Source: Candidatus Borrarchaeum weybense (GTDB lineage: Archaea; Asgardarchaeota; Sifarchaeia; Borrarchaeales; Borrarchaeaceae). From it: a stretch of DNA of 64,000 nucleotides. Below the pieces are notes generated by a model that did no database searches, was not told the origin of the DNA, and saw only the letters and a program-made list of their open reading frames with translations. Positions within the stretch are counted from its first letter, which is position 1. Each line of letters begins with the position of its first letter. Shown here piece after piece: positions 31,532-41,770 of this stretch. The stretch spans positions 96,001 to 160,000 of the forward strand of contig JAHQJS010000006.1 in NCBI GenBank assembly GCA_019057385.1, given 5' to 3'. The position numbers were made by a program, and so were the translations under genes.

Positions 31532-32743
31532 ATGAAACGCAGGTTTAACATTCTATTGAGGGAAAAAAGTATAATGAATATTCTTATGGTTACCCATCAC
31601 TTCTATGAACCTCCAGGCGGTAATTATTTCGGTATGAGGCTATCTCTCGAACTTGCCAAACGCGGTCACAATGTGTATGTCATCTGTTCTAAAGTGAGGA
31701 ATACAAAGGCCTATGAAGAATTTGATAGTGTAAAGGTTTTTAGAAAAAAACCCTTAATTTACATGCCCAATCTACCCTATGCTGCAACATTTATGGTATC
31801 TGAAATCTCTAGATACATTAAACACTTTAATATTGATATACTTCATGTTCATACAATTCATTATTTAAGCAGTCTCTCGGCTGCCATTGTTTCAAAGATA
31901 AAGGAGTTTCCATACCTCCTTTCAGTATTAGGCATGACACAGACATTTGATCGAAAGCTTGTGGACATTGTTTTTAAGATGTATGAGTCTACAATTAGTA
32001 GGTTCGTCGTTAAGCAAGCATCATTAATAGTACCACTTGCAAAAAGATTAGTGACGCGTGCTTTATGGCTTGGTGCATCACCATCTAAAATCAGAGTTAT
32101 TCCAAATAGTATTGACCCGGTCATATATGCTCCAAATAAAGAAGGATCTAAGATTAGAACAAGATTTGGAATCAATGAAGAAGATGAGGTAATTGGATTT
32201 GTAGGAAGACTTGTCCCCCTTAAAGGTGTAAAATACTTACTTGAGGCTTTGAGATTAATAAATAAAAAAATGGATCATGTTAAGATATTAATTGTAGGGG
32301 ATGGACCCCAAAGGAAAGAATTGGAACTTCTAGCAAGAAAAGACAAAAACTTTAACACTATATTTACAGGATTTATTCCAAAAGAAGAACTGCCTAACGT
32401 TTACTCTGCTTTAGATATTTTTGTCCTCCCCACCCTTACAGAAGGATTGTCTAATACTATTTTAGAGGCAATGGCTTGTGGGAAACCTGTTATTACAACA
32501 CCTGTTGGCGGAAATACTGAGTTAGTCGAGGACGGAAAAAATGGATATTTAGTTGCACCCAGATCGTCGAAAGAACTTGCAGAAAGAATCTTAGACTTGA
32601 TACATTCGCCTAAGAGAAGAGTTCAGATGGGACAAAATGGAAGAGAAAAAATCAAGAAACACTATACATGGGATAAAACTGTCCCAAGATATGAGGAGGC
32701 CTATGAACATCTTCTAAGTCAATTATCCCACCCTAAAGGGTAG
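31532..32743 (+). CDS. Glycosyltransferase family 4
   Basis: FVGRLVPLKG, EGLSNTILEAMACG; likelier start ATG 31574 (MNILMVT). Confidence 0.93.
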   Translation: MKRRFNILLREKSIMNILMVTHHFYEPPGGNYFGMRLSLELAKRGHNVYVICSKVRNTKAYEEFDSVKVFRKKPLIYMPNLPYAATFMVSEISRYIKHFNIDILHVHTIHYLSSLSAAIVSKIKEFPYLLSVLGMTQTFDRKLVDIVFKMYESTISRFVVKQASLIVPLAKRLVTRALWLGASPSKIRVIPNSIDPVIYAPNKEGSKIRTRFGINEEDEVIGFVGRLVPLKGVKYLLEALRLINKKMDHVKILIVGDGPQRKELELLARKDKNFNTIFTGFIPKEELPNVYSALDIFVLPTLTEGLSNTILEAMACGKPVITTPVGGNTELVEDGKNGYLVAPRSSKELAERILDLIHSPKRRVQMGQNGREKIKKHYTWDKTVPRYEEAYEHLLSQLSHPKG

Positions 32744-32772
32744 GGGCTTCCAGAGGCGGGAGATGTGAACCT
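32718..32772 (-). mobile_element. IS200/IS605 right-end hairpin relic (PATE-like)
   Basis: Minus strand reads GGAAGCCCCTACCC-TTTA-GGGTGGGATAATTGAC, the characteristic GC-rich subterminal hairpin plus end; it stands out in AT-rich context. Confidence 0.75.
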
Positions 32773-32795
32773 ATCAAAAAGTTGTGAGGAAAATC

Positions 32796-33893
32796 ATGAA
32801 CTTATTATTTTTCTCGGACAGATTAAAAAGAGGCGAATTCGCAAGTTTAAGAGCAAGAGAAGAGTTTAAATCGTCTTTAAAGAAGAAAGGAATAATCTGT
32901 AAGATAGTGGATCTAAAATCTTTTTTGTCACCTAAGAAATACAAATTTGTGGAAATGTATCAGCATGTTCGCAGAGATTCACCTGATTTAATAATGATTG
33001 ATACAATCCCATTAATCGGATCATTCTCTCTAATAATGAAACTATTTAAAGCATATCCACTTTTTGTACGGCTTAGAGGAGATTTTTGGAAAGAATTGCA
33101 ACAACAACGTATCTATCATAAGAATTCCGTTTCTTTGGTAAAAAACATGGCAAGAAATGTTCTGGGAAATCTTTGTTTAAAATACGCAAACGCAGTGTTT
33201 CCAGTCTGCAATTATCTTAAAGATATTGGTATTAAACATCATTTACAACCCGAAAAACTTTTCACCATTTATAATGGTGTAGATCTGGATAGATTTCATT
33301 TAAAAGAGAATGGAGAGGTTTATAGAAGGAAATATGGGATTACAGATGAAAAACTCCTCGTTTGTGTTTCAAACTTCAATTTTCCTGAAAAGGTTGAGGG
33401 ACTAATATTTTTCTTACCGGCGATTAAGAGAATTTTGAATGAAAATCCAGATGTTAGATTTCTGATCGTTGGCGATGGACTTTTCCTTAATTGGGTAAAA
33501 GGTCAAATTGCGAAGCATAAAATTAGTTCACAGACTATTATTACTGGCTTTGTAAGAGATATTGAGCGAATTTATGCTGCAGCAGATATAGTGTTATATC
33601 TTTCTTTTCAAGATGCTTTGCCAACCGTTCTATTGGAAGCATCTGCGAGTGGTAAACCTATAGTAGCAAATAAAATAGGAGGCGTGCATGAAATAATCAT
33701 AAATCAGAAGACAGGGATTCTTATTGATAAATATGACAGAGAGGCACTGTATACTTATGTAACGCAATTCCTAGATAACGATCCGCTAAGAATTAAATTT
33801 GGTGAAATGGCTCAAAAATCGATAAATACACGATTCAATTGGAATGTAATTGGACGTCAATTTGCAGATATTTTTCTTAAACTAATGAAATAG
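32796..33893 (+). CDS. Glycosyltransferase family 4
   Basis: IYNGVD, IVGDG, DALPTVLLEASASG; ATG 32796 behind a GAGGA SD. Confidence 0.9.
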   Translation: MNLLFFSDRLKRGEFASLRAREEFKSSLKKKGIICKIVDLKSFLSPKKYKFVEMYQHVRRDSPDLIMIDTIPLIGSFSLIMKLFKAYPLFVRLRGDFWKELQQQRIYHKNSVSLVKNMARNVLGNLCLKYANAVFPVCNYLKDIGIKHHLQPEKLFTIYNGVDLDRFHLKENGEVYRRKYGITDEKLLVCVSNFNFPEKVEGLIFFLPAIKRILNENPDVRFLIVGDGLFLNWVKGQIAKHKISSQTIITGFVRDIERIYAAADIVLYLSFQDALPTVLLEASASGKPIVANKIGGVHEIIINQKTGILIDKYDREALYTYVTQFLDNDPLRIKFGEMAQKSINTRFNWNVIGRQFADIFLKLMK

Positions 33894-33961
33894 ATCATAT
33901 ATTAAAAACAAGATTTGTAAGGTAATCCACACAAGACAACCAGAATGAGCTTTGGGTCAAA

Positions 33962-35155
33962 ATGGTAAGAGTTCTCTTTGTTACTGAACGATGGTTTCCT
34001 CAGGGAGGCGGTGGAGAGATTGATCATCATGGTATCGCATCCTTTCTGGCTAAAGCGGGCCTCGAAGTATTTGTGTTGACTGGTGAGTCACCCTCTCTGC
34101 GAAAAGAAATTCCTCACCCGTTCAAATTTTTACTTAGGTTACCTACGAATTATATTCCTGATGAGAAATTTCATTTTGCCAATCTATTAAAACGAATTTT
34201 TTTCATTTTTAAATTATTAAAGAAAACAATTTTCATTGTTCGCAAATATAACATTGATTTGATTCATACTTCTACGCCCTTGCTTAGTATGCTTCTTTTT
34301 TTAATACGGAATTGTTTAAAAAGGCCGTTAATCGCCTCAAATTTTTCATACTTCCTAAATAGATGGCAAAAAATATTAAACAGCTATTTTAAAGCAAAGC
34401 TATTTGAAACCATTGAATTAATTTCATATAAACTTCCCTATTCTTGTCTTGTTTCAGTAAGCCCTAAATTTATTGAACTTGTACGCAGATATGGCATCAC
34501 AACACCTATAGTTCATATACCAAATGCTGTAGATTTTGAAATCTTTAATCCCTATATTGATTCAAAAAATACTAGAGAACAATACTTGCCTTCAGATGGG
34601 AAGTATTTAATATCCTTTATCGGGCGATTAGTCCCTCAAAAAGGAATTGATGTACTTGTAAAGGCAATTCCACATGTAAACTCCTTTGTGAAGAACTGTA
34701 TGTATCTTATCGTTGGAGAAGGAACTTATAGAGAAAAGTTAGAAAACATTGCGAAAAAGTTAAGCATCAAAAATATTGCTTTCACAGGGATGATCCAGTA
34801 TTCCAAGATCCCTGAGTTAATATCTGCTTCAGACATTATAATTTTACCCTCTCTTGGTGCAGAAGGTAGCCCAAGAGTTCTTTTAGAAACTATGGCCTGT
34901 GGAAAACCTGTAATCGCAACTAAGATTAGAGGTATTAAAGAACAGGTTATCGATGGGAAAACAGGGGTTCTCGTTGAGGAAGGTAATGTGCATCAACTCA
35001 CAGAAGCCGTAATTTCATTACTAAGAAATAAACAAAATCGAGAAGAGATTGGTAAAAACGCTTATGAATTTGTAAAAGACAAATTTGCGTGGACACATGT
35101 AGGAAATGAAACCCTAAAAATCTACCGTCAAGTGATCTCCTCCTATAGGAGATAA
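33962..35155 (+). CDS. Glycosyltransferase family 4
   Basis: FPQGGGGE, FIGRLVPQKG, EGSPRVLLETMACG. Confidence 0.93.
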   Translation: MVRVLFVTERWFPQGGGGEIDHHGIASFLAKAGLEVFVLTGESPSLRKEIPHPFKFLLRLPTNYIPDEKFHFANLLKRIFFIFKLLKKTIFIVRKYNIDLIHTSTPLLSMLLFLIRNCLKRPLIASNFSYFLNRWQKILNSYFKAKLFETIELISYKLPYSCLVSVSPKFIELVRRYGITTPIVHIPNAVDFEIFNPYIDSKNTREQYLPSDGKYLISFIGRLVPQKGIDVLVKAIPHVNSFVKNCMYLIVGEGTYREKLENIAKKLSIKNIAFTGMIQYSKIPELISASDIIILPSLGAEGSPRVLLETMACGKPVIATKIRGIKEQVIDGKTGVLVEEGNVHQLTEAVISLLRNKQNREEIGKNAYEFVKDKFAWTHVGNETLKIYRQVISSYRR

Positions 35156-35168
35156 CTCATTTTTGGCT

Positions 35169-35861
35169 TTATTTTTCAGATATCGAGGAAAAAATCGATT
35201 TTAACAATCCGTACCAATATGTGGACATTTTTTTCTTTGGTTTGCCAAAAGCTCTTGATGTTATATTTACAGGAACTTCAATAATTTTAAAACCTGCCAA
35301 CGCTCCTTTTATTAGTAGTTCTGGAGCTGAATATTGATCTTGTTCTAGCTTGAGGTTTTCCAAGACCTCTCTTCGCAATGCGCGAAATCCACAAGTAAGA
35401 TCACTAATTTTTAAACCAACCAAATTTCGGACAATCCATGTAAAAAATTGAATTCCCAAATATCTTACAAGGGTGGAGTTATGTTCGCCTTGAAACCTTG
35501 ATCCTACTACGATATCAGCTTTTCCATTTTCTATGAACTTTATTAAATTTGGAATCTCCTTAGGATCATGTTGTCCATCAGCATCTAAAGTAATGATGAT
35601 ATCTGCTTTTTCCCTTTTTGCAATAATAAAACCTGTTCTCAGAGCCATTCCTTGACCAAGATTTAAAGGTAGTGGAACAACATACGCTCCTGCTTTTTTG
35701 GCCTCGATTTTTGTACCATCGCGACTACCATCATCTATTAGAAGCGCCTTATCAACGTAGGGAAGAACTTCTGATACAACTCTACCCACCGAATTAGCTT
35801 CTTCATATGCAGGAATTATTGCAAAAACCTTTTGTTTTGTTTTGCCACACATTTTTTTCAT
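35169..35861 (-). CDS. GT2 dolichol-phosphate glycosyltransferase (DPM1/GacI-like)
   Basis: IPAYEE, DDGSRD, NLGQG.ALRTG, DADGQH, VGSRF, DLTCGFRA; short and soluble. Confidence 0.92.
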   Translation of the reverse strand: MKKMCGKTKQKVFAIIPAYEEANSVGRVVSEVLPYVDKALLIDDGSRDGTKIEAKKAGAYVVPLPLNLGQGMALRTGFIIAKREKADIIITLDADGQHDPKEIPNLIKFIENGKADIVVGSRFQGEHNSTLVRYLGIQFFTWIVRNLVGLKISDLTCGFRALRREVLENLKLEQDQYSAPELLIKGALAGFKIIEVPVNITSRAFGKPKKKMSTYWYGLLKSIFSSISEK

Positions 35862-35935
35862 ACTCTGTATGCTCTAGTACCTTAATTTATTTATGACCCT
35901 ATTGAAAGATGTAGCAAAAAGCATTACAATTCAAA

Positions 35936-36364
35936 ATGAGTGATGAATCTATGCAACTTAAAGGCATTCAAATACTTGGAATTGTTTTAGTAGCAATTGC
36001 CCTTGTCCAGACGTACATCTTTTATAAAAAAAAGCGCTATAATCTGTGGGATTTTCTTCTTTGGGTCGGCATCTGGATTAGCGCTGCAATTACGTTTATT
36101 TACCCCGGAATAGCTAATTTGGTATTACCTGCACTGACATTGCAGACTAGTATATTTGCAACATTGATATTAAGTACCATCGTGTCATATATGCTCCTAT
36201 TCATCATTTATGGCTCTCTTAAGGATCTAAAAAGAAAAATAGGTGAAATAGCGCAATCACAAGCAATTTTAAGATATGATATCGAAAATATTCATCCAAA
36301 GCAGATAAATATAGAAAATAGCAAACCTATAGAAAATAGCAAACCAAAGGAAGAGAATCAATAA
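35936..36364 (+). CDS. DUF2304 membrane protein (GacJ/Rv3632-like partner of Dol-P-sugar synthase)
   Basis: IQILG, LLW..IW, YP, 3 TM plus C-terminal coiled segment (KIGEIAQ.QAI); adjacent to the DPM-like GT2. Confidence 0.8.
   Translation: MSDESMQLKGIQILGIVLVAIALVQTYIFYKKKRYNLWDFLLWVGIWISAAITFIYPGIANLVLPALTLQTSIFATLILSTIVSYMLLFIIYGSLKDLKRKIGEIAQSQAILRYDIENIHPKQINIENSKPIENSKPKEENQ
36310..36345 (+). repeat. Exact 18-bp tandem duplication (TATAGAAAATAGCAAACC x2) encoding IENSKP twice
   Basis: Read directly from the sequence. Confidence 0.9.
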
Positions 36365-36504
36365 GACATCTAATTGCTTTTTTCTTGTTTCCCTTATTTT
36401 ATCTTTTAATATGCAGTCTTCCGCTTGTATCAATAACAAAGATAGTATTTTATTGTCAAATATAGGAACTTAACCTACAAGCCTTTGATATTTTCTTGGT
36501 ATCG

Positions 36505-37284
36505 TCATTTCCTCCCATAAAGTACTAAAGCATAGCTTAGATGACTGTCTAGAAATGTCCCTTTTTCTCTTTTCATGTGAGTGTTTAGATTATTAATTCC
36601 ATACGCCTTTCGTATAAGTTTGAAGGGATTAATAAAATCAAATGAGGAAAATAAAGAATCTCCAAAAAACGAGCAGTCTATAATTCCAATTTGTTGACAA
36701 ATATTTCTAAGTTCTCCTCTTGAAAAAGGATATTCTTCGCCGACCCGCCATCTGCCAGTATGCTCAGCAACAAACTTGAATATCCTATATGGCAGATTAT
36801 ATTTGTTAGGAACTGAAATAAAGGCTATTCCACCCTTTCTTAAAACATCAAAATGGCCTTTGATTATCTTGGTTCTTTTAACCCCCCAGAAATGTTCGAC
36901 AAGACCAAAGGACATACAAATGTCAAATTTATTAGGCAAGTTTGTTGGTAGAGATAGTGCATCTTGTTTAATAAATTCAGCAGATAACCCATTTCTTTCA
37001 AACAATTCTCTTGCTCTTTCAAGAGCGCTTGCTGAGTAATCAAGCAGTGTAATTTTTGCTCCCTTTTTTGCCATTAAAGCAGCATTTGTTCCAGTACCAG
37101 CGCCAAGTTCTATGACTTTTAAATCCTTAAAATCTCCAAATTCCTGTAATACAATTTTTTCGATTCTTTGCCATCTAATACCACTTTCTTCTTTCATCAG
37201 AGTGAAAACATCTTCTTTTGTTGTAGGAGTGTCTGTCCAAAATTTATCCCACAGTTCAGATGTGCTTTTTTTCACAGTCTTCAA
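36505..37284 (-). CDS. Class I SAM-dependent methyltransferase
   Basis: IELGAGTG, LDYS, SFGLVEHF, SVPN. Confidence 0.9.
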   Translation of the reverse strand: MKTVKKSTSELWDKFWTDTPTTKEDVFTLMKEESGIRWQRIEKIVLQEFGDFKDLKVIELGAGTGTNAALMAKKGAKITLLDYSASALERARELFERNGLSAEFIKQDALSLPTNLPNKFDICMSFGLVEHFWGVKRTKIIKGHFDVLRKGGIAFISVPNKYNLPYRIFKFVAEHTGRWRVGEEYPFSRGELRNICQQIGIIDCSFFGDSLFSSFDFINPFKLIRKAYGINNLNTHMKREKGTFLDSHLSYALVLYGRK

Positions 37285-37567
37285 ACATCCACTTTCATTG
37301 TAAAGTTATTTCGGAATGATACTCTGATAATCATTTCTTCTTCTATGATTCCTTTTATATATTCTACGCGCGGGCGTTTTCCAAAAGAATTAAAGGATTT
37401 TTTAATTTGACATTGTACTTAACATGAAAAAGTTTTAGTTTAGAAGATTAGTAAGTATTTTTATGTTAGGAACACAAAAAGCTGGCGATAAGCGCTTTAG
37501 GATTCAACTTCTATCTAATATGAAGTTTTAAAATTTAATTGCCTATCATTTCTTCAGGATGTAAACA

Positions 37568-38596
37568 ATGAAAATTCTGTTAAGTAGCATCTTTCTACCA
37601 CCATTTCCAGGTGGTGCTGAAAGAGTCGCTTGGGAAACTGCAATAAGACTCGCCATGCGCCACGAAGTACACGTTCTGGCAGCAGGAAAAAGGGGGATTG
37701 AAAAAAAGCACGGAGTTTTCATTCACAAAATACCTTTTCCACTATTTTATACTAGATTCGGCAAATTTGCAATGAGTAAGTCTTTAAGAGATATACGCTT
37801 TGATGTAATGCATTGCCACATGGTAGGGCTTTGGGGGAAGGTAATACCAAAGCTAATCAAACATGATAAACTAATAATAACTTGTCATGGAGATGGTATA
37901 TATCCTAAGAAATTTAAGTCAAAATTAGTTGCAGAACCCGTTCTAAAATCAGCAGACGTGATTACTTGTGTTTCGAAATGGATGGTGGATTATGTCAAAG
38001 AGAAATACGGAATAAAAAGTCTTTACATACCAAACGGGATAGATAAACGATTCAAACCATTACACATAGAAAGAAAGAAGAATATGATTCTCTATGTAGG
38101 ACAGTTTATAGAAAGAAAAGGAATATTAGAGTTGCTTGAAGCAGCAAAAACCTTGCCAGAATATAATTTTTATTTTGCAGGAAGAGGAAAATTATCAAAT
38201 AGAATAAATCTTCCAAATACTAAATTTCTAGGATTTGTTCCAGATGAGGATGTGCCAAAATTATATAACGAAGCAACAATCTGCATATTTCCTTCTCGTT
38301 TTGAAGGTTTACCGTTGGTAGGCCTTGAAGCTATGTCATGTGGATGCCCTATTATTGCAACAAGAAGCCTAGGGTTTTCAGAACTATTACAAGATGGGAC
38401 TACTGGAGTTTTGATAAAACCAAAGTCTATCAGCGCAATTGTAGACTCTATAAGATATCTTATGGAAAATGAAGAACTGCGAGAAAAAATCGGCATGAAT
38501 GCGATTACAGAATCTAAGAAATACCAATGGGACACAATAACAGCAAATTATGAATTAGTTTATAAAACAGCTTGCGATAGACCTCTTCCCACCTAA
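37568..38596 (+). CDS. Glycosyltransferase family 4
   Basis: PPFPGGAE, TCHG, ERKG, EGLPLVGLEAMSCG. Confidence 0.93.
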   Translation: MKILLSSIFLPPFPGGAERVAWETAIRLAMRHEVHVLAAGKRGIEKKHGVFIHKIPFPLFYTRFGKFAMSKSLRDIRFDVMHCHMVGLWGKVIPKLIKHDKLIITCHGDGIYPKKFKSKLVAEPVLKSADVITCVSKWMVDYVKEKYGIKSLYIPNGIDKRFKPLHIERKKNMILYVGQFIERKGILELLEAAKTLPEYNFYFAGRGKLSNRINLPNTKFLGFVPDEDVPKLYNEATICIFPSRFEGLPLVGLEAMSCGCPIIATRSLGFSELLQDGTTGVLIKPKSISAIVDSIRYLMENEELREKIGMNAITESKKYQWDTITANYELVYKTACDRPLPT

Positions 38597-38662
38597 AAAT
38601 GGACCATTCTAACTCACTTCTATGTAATTTTCCTCTTAGATATTAAGATGAAGGCATGAATA

Positions 38663-39454
38663 ATGGTCGACAAATTAAAAAACCAATATCAAAAGCCCTC
38701 TAAAAAACTTGAAACATATAGAAAAAACCCAATAAGGGAATATTTTTATCATAAAACTAAAGATATAACAATCAAACTTCTTGAACTTCAAAATTCTGAA
38801 TCAGTTTTAGATGTTGGTTGTGGAAACGCCTTTTTAATTAATAAAATTAAACTGAATTATCCCAAAATAGAAATAGTTGGAATTGACATAATCAAAGATC
38901 AAATGTTAAGTACGGTGAAAAAGGGTAAGGATTTTTCTCTAGTTTTGGGAGATGCAATGAAACTTCCTTTTGCCGACAATAGTTTTGATAGAGTAACATG
39001 TACTGCTGTGCTTCAATATCTTCCAAATCCTTTGTCGGCTATTAAAGAAACTTACCGAATTACGAAAGAAGGTGGTATTGTCGTATTTGATGTCCCTGGG
39101 GGTTTCCATCTCCAAAACTATCTCGAACATTTCCTAACTGTAATTTTCAAAATAGTCCCATTTCAGAAAAATTATTTGACTAGTAAAATAAAACAGTGGA
39201 TAACTAAATCTGGATTTAAAATAAGCCAAACTCATTCTACTAGGTTTTTAGGATCAATATTTTGCCCGTTTCTCCCAACACTCTACCTTCCAGGTCTTGG
39301 GAGTTTTTATTGGTGCAGTGAACAATTTACTAAACGACTAATAAAGATTGATTCGTTCATTGGACATGTATTTGGTCAAAATGACTTTACTAAGTTATTT
39401 GGAGGGTCCTTATTATTCCAATGCAAAAAACCCCAACACCAAAAAGTGAAATAA
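38663..39454 (+). CDS. Class I SAM-dependent methyltransferase (type 11)
   Basis: VLDVGCGN, GDAMKLPFADNSFD, VLQYL. Confidence 0.9.
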   Translation: MVDKLKNQYQKPSKKLETYRKNPIREYFYHKTKDITIKLLELQNSESVLDVGCGNAFLINKIKLNYPKIEIVGIDIIKDQMLSTVKKGKDFSLVLGDAMKLPFADNSFDRVTCTAVLQYLPNPLSAIKETYRITKEGGIVVFDVPGGFHLQNYLEHFLTVIFKIVPFQKNYLTSKIKQWITKSGFKISQTHSTRFLGSIFCPFLPTLYLPGLGSFYWCSEQFTKRLIKIDSFIGHVFGQNDFTKLFGGSLLFQCKKPQHQKVK

Positions 39455-39490
39455 TTAATTTATACCAAAAGAATTTAAGTTAATTGAAAT

Positions 39491-40693
39491 TTGAGGGAGT
39501 TTATGTTTCAAACGCTAAAGAAGAAAATGTTAGATGCATATTCTTCCTTGACTCTCCATCTTCTTATAATGACCTGCATCTCAATCTTTTTGTCTCTATG
39601 GTTATTTAATCTTCAGGATCCGTTAACAGATCCATGGGATCTATGGTATATTTATGCAATTAATATTAGAAACAAAATATTAGATTGGAATTACGATATG
39701 GCCCCTTTCCTATATGAATTAAGTTGGCAGCCACATTTACCGTTTTTTGCATTCATCTCAGCCTTGCTTCTCTTTATCGTAGGTGATGCCAAACTTTCCT
39801 GCATCTTGGTATCAATCTTTTCAGTAATGCTTACTTTACTTTATTTAAGAGAGTTTGCAATTTACATTGGACTAAAAGATGAAGTAAATAAAATTCTCAT
39901 CGTTTATATTTCGAGTTACACTGTAATTTCAAACATTGCACGTCCAATGAATGATTCATTAGCCGCTTTTTTCTCTGTAGTAAGCTTATTCTATATATAT
40001 CGCTCTCTTAAAACAGATCTTCTTAAGGAATATGTTATTCTCTCAATTATACTCACATTGTCAGTACTCACTAAAGACTCTCTTTTTCCTTTGTTATTAG
40101 TTCCAATAAGTTTCTATTTGTTAACCCTTCTAAAAATGAAAGAAAATATGAATGCCGAAATATTAGGAAAACTTATTCTTTTTACTATTTTAATTCCATT
40201 CATTCTTTGGCTTTCTTTTGTTTTGAGTCTTGATCTTCTGCCAGTTATCCTTAACAGAAGAATAGGTGGTTTAGAAAGACTCTATAGTACTGCTCGTTCT
40301 CCTTTCATGTTTATTTTTTCAATTATTGTTTGTTTTCATTTCCTCCCAATTTTAGTATTCTCCAATTACAAGGTTTTTAGGAATCAAAAATATTGGATAT
40401 TATTAATTTGGCTATTCCTCTTTATTATTGCTAGAATAATAGCTCCAGGACCTTTCTGGGATAGATTATGGCTACCTGGACTCTTCTCCGCCGTTATATT
40501 AGGCTGTGGAGAACTTAAGTCGAATAAGTTATATGAGATCTCTCCAAAACTTCCGAAAATCCTCTTTATTTTAATGATAGCTGTGAATTACTCTGTTGCT
40601 CTTTTGTTCATCATGTATTCTGCCGAAATTCCGGTCATATTTCAACTAATTTCGCCTATTTTCGAATTTTTAAAAAGGTACTATGTTCAATAG
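39491..40693 (+). CDS. GT-C-fold membrane glycosyltransferase
   Basis: TDPWDLWY loop, HLPFF, MNDSL, LTKD, DRLWLP; about 10 TM; ATG 39503 is an alternative start. Confidence 0.75.
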   Translation: MREFMFQTLKKKMLDAYSSLTLHLLIMTCISIFLSLWLFNLQDPLTDPWDLWYIYAINIRNKILDWNYDMAPFLYELSWQPHLPFFAFISALLLFIVGDAKLSCILVSIFSVMLTLLYLREFAIYIGLKDEVNKILIVYISSYTVISNIARPMNDSLAAFFSVVSLFYIYRSLKTDLLKEYVILSIILTLSVLTKDSLFPLLLVPISFYLLTLLKMKENMNAEILGKLILFTILIPFILWLSFVLSLDLLPVILNRRIGGLERLYSTARSPFMFIFSIIVCFHFLPILVFSNYKVFRNQKYWILLIWLFLFIIARIIAPGPFWDRLWLPGLFSAVILGCGELKSNKLYEISPKLPKILFILMIAVNYSVALLFIMYSAEIPVIFQLISPIFEFLKRYYVQ

Positions 40694-40800
40694 GTTACCT
40701 TGAGTTCGTTGAATGACTTCGGGATATTTTGATGAAGAAAAAAGTTTTAACGTAAGATGCAGTTTTAGACTTAAAATCTTAAAATCGGGTGTTCACTTAA

Positions 40801-41733
40801 ATGGAAAATCTAAGAAGTTTATTATCTGATAGCAGATTTCCCATTTATTTACACTACAATTTATTGAAAAAGATTCTAACAAGTAGAAGAACTAAAAAAC
40901 ATAAAGTAAAAGAATTAGCAGTTTCATTAACTTTCGATATAGAAAAAGATCCAATAAACAACAAGATTAAACCAATCGGTAATTTTCTTCATAAGATGAA
41001 CAAATTACTTAAATCAAAAAATATTGAGACGACCTTGTTTATTCAAGCAAATCTCATAAACGATTTTTCGACTCAATTTAAAAATCTTCAAAAAACACAC
41101 GAATTAGGCTTGCATGGATATGCTCATGAACTTTGGGGCTATGAACAGTGGTGGGATAGCAAAAAATCTCTGGATTTAAAACAAAAGAGAAAATTAATTT
41201 CAATCTCTTTAGATATTTTTGAAGAAAATGATTTAGAGCGACCTACTTCGTTTAGGGCACCTAATTTGGTAATTAATAAGGAAACCTTGTCTTTAATAAA
41301 GAACTATGATTTTAAGATAGACTCTTCTCTTCCATCTTATTTAGGAGTTAAACCTCTACCTAAGTTTTATGATAGTTTATTAATGATTCCTCATACTGCT
41401 AATCCAATACCTAAATTCCAATTAAAGTATCATATAATTCCACTTGTCTATTATGATCGGTTTACTTTCCCAAGTGTTCTGTCAATGAGTAAAAACGAGT
41501 TTTTAGATTTCGTAGAAATCGTAGCATCTTATCAAATTTCATTTGGGTTTAAACCACATTTAGTGTTTTTTGCACATTCATGGGAATTTGTAGAGCATGA
41601 TACTAAAAAGATTAAATGTTCTGAGGATAATTATAAGAGTCTCTTAAATATTTGTAGCTTGCTAGAAAATAACTATGAAGTTGAATATGTATCTCTGAAT
41701 AATTTAGCCAAGAAACTAGAGTTGTTCGATTGA
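40801..41733 (+). CDS. Polysaccharide deacetylase (CE4/NodB)
   Basis: LTFDIE, HELGLHGYAHE, SFRAP, IDSS, HSWE. Confidence 0.9.
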   Translation: MENLRSLLSDSRFPIYLHYNLLKKILTSRRTKKHKVKELAVSLTFDIEKDPINNKIKPIGNFLHKMNKLLKSKNIETTLFIQANLINDFSTQFKNLQKTHELGLHGYAHELWGYEQWWDSKKSLDLKQKRKLISISLDIFEENDLERPTSFRAPNLVINKETLSLIKNYDFKIDSSLPSYLGVKPLPKFYDSLLMIPHTANPIPKFQLKYHIIPLVYYDRFTFPSVLSMSKNEFLDFVEIVASYQISFGFKPHLVFFAHSWEFVEHDTKKIKCSEDNYKSLLNICSLLENNYEVEYVSLNNLAKKLELFD

Positions 41734-41770
41734 AGTTGTGCAATCGAGATAGCTGTTAGATCAAATTTGG

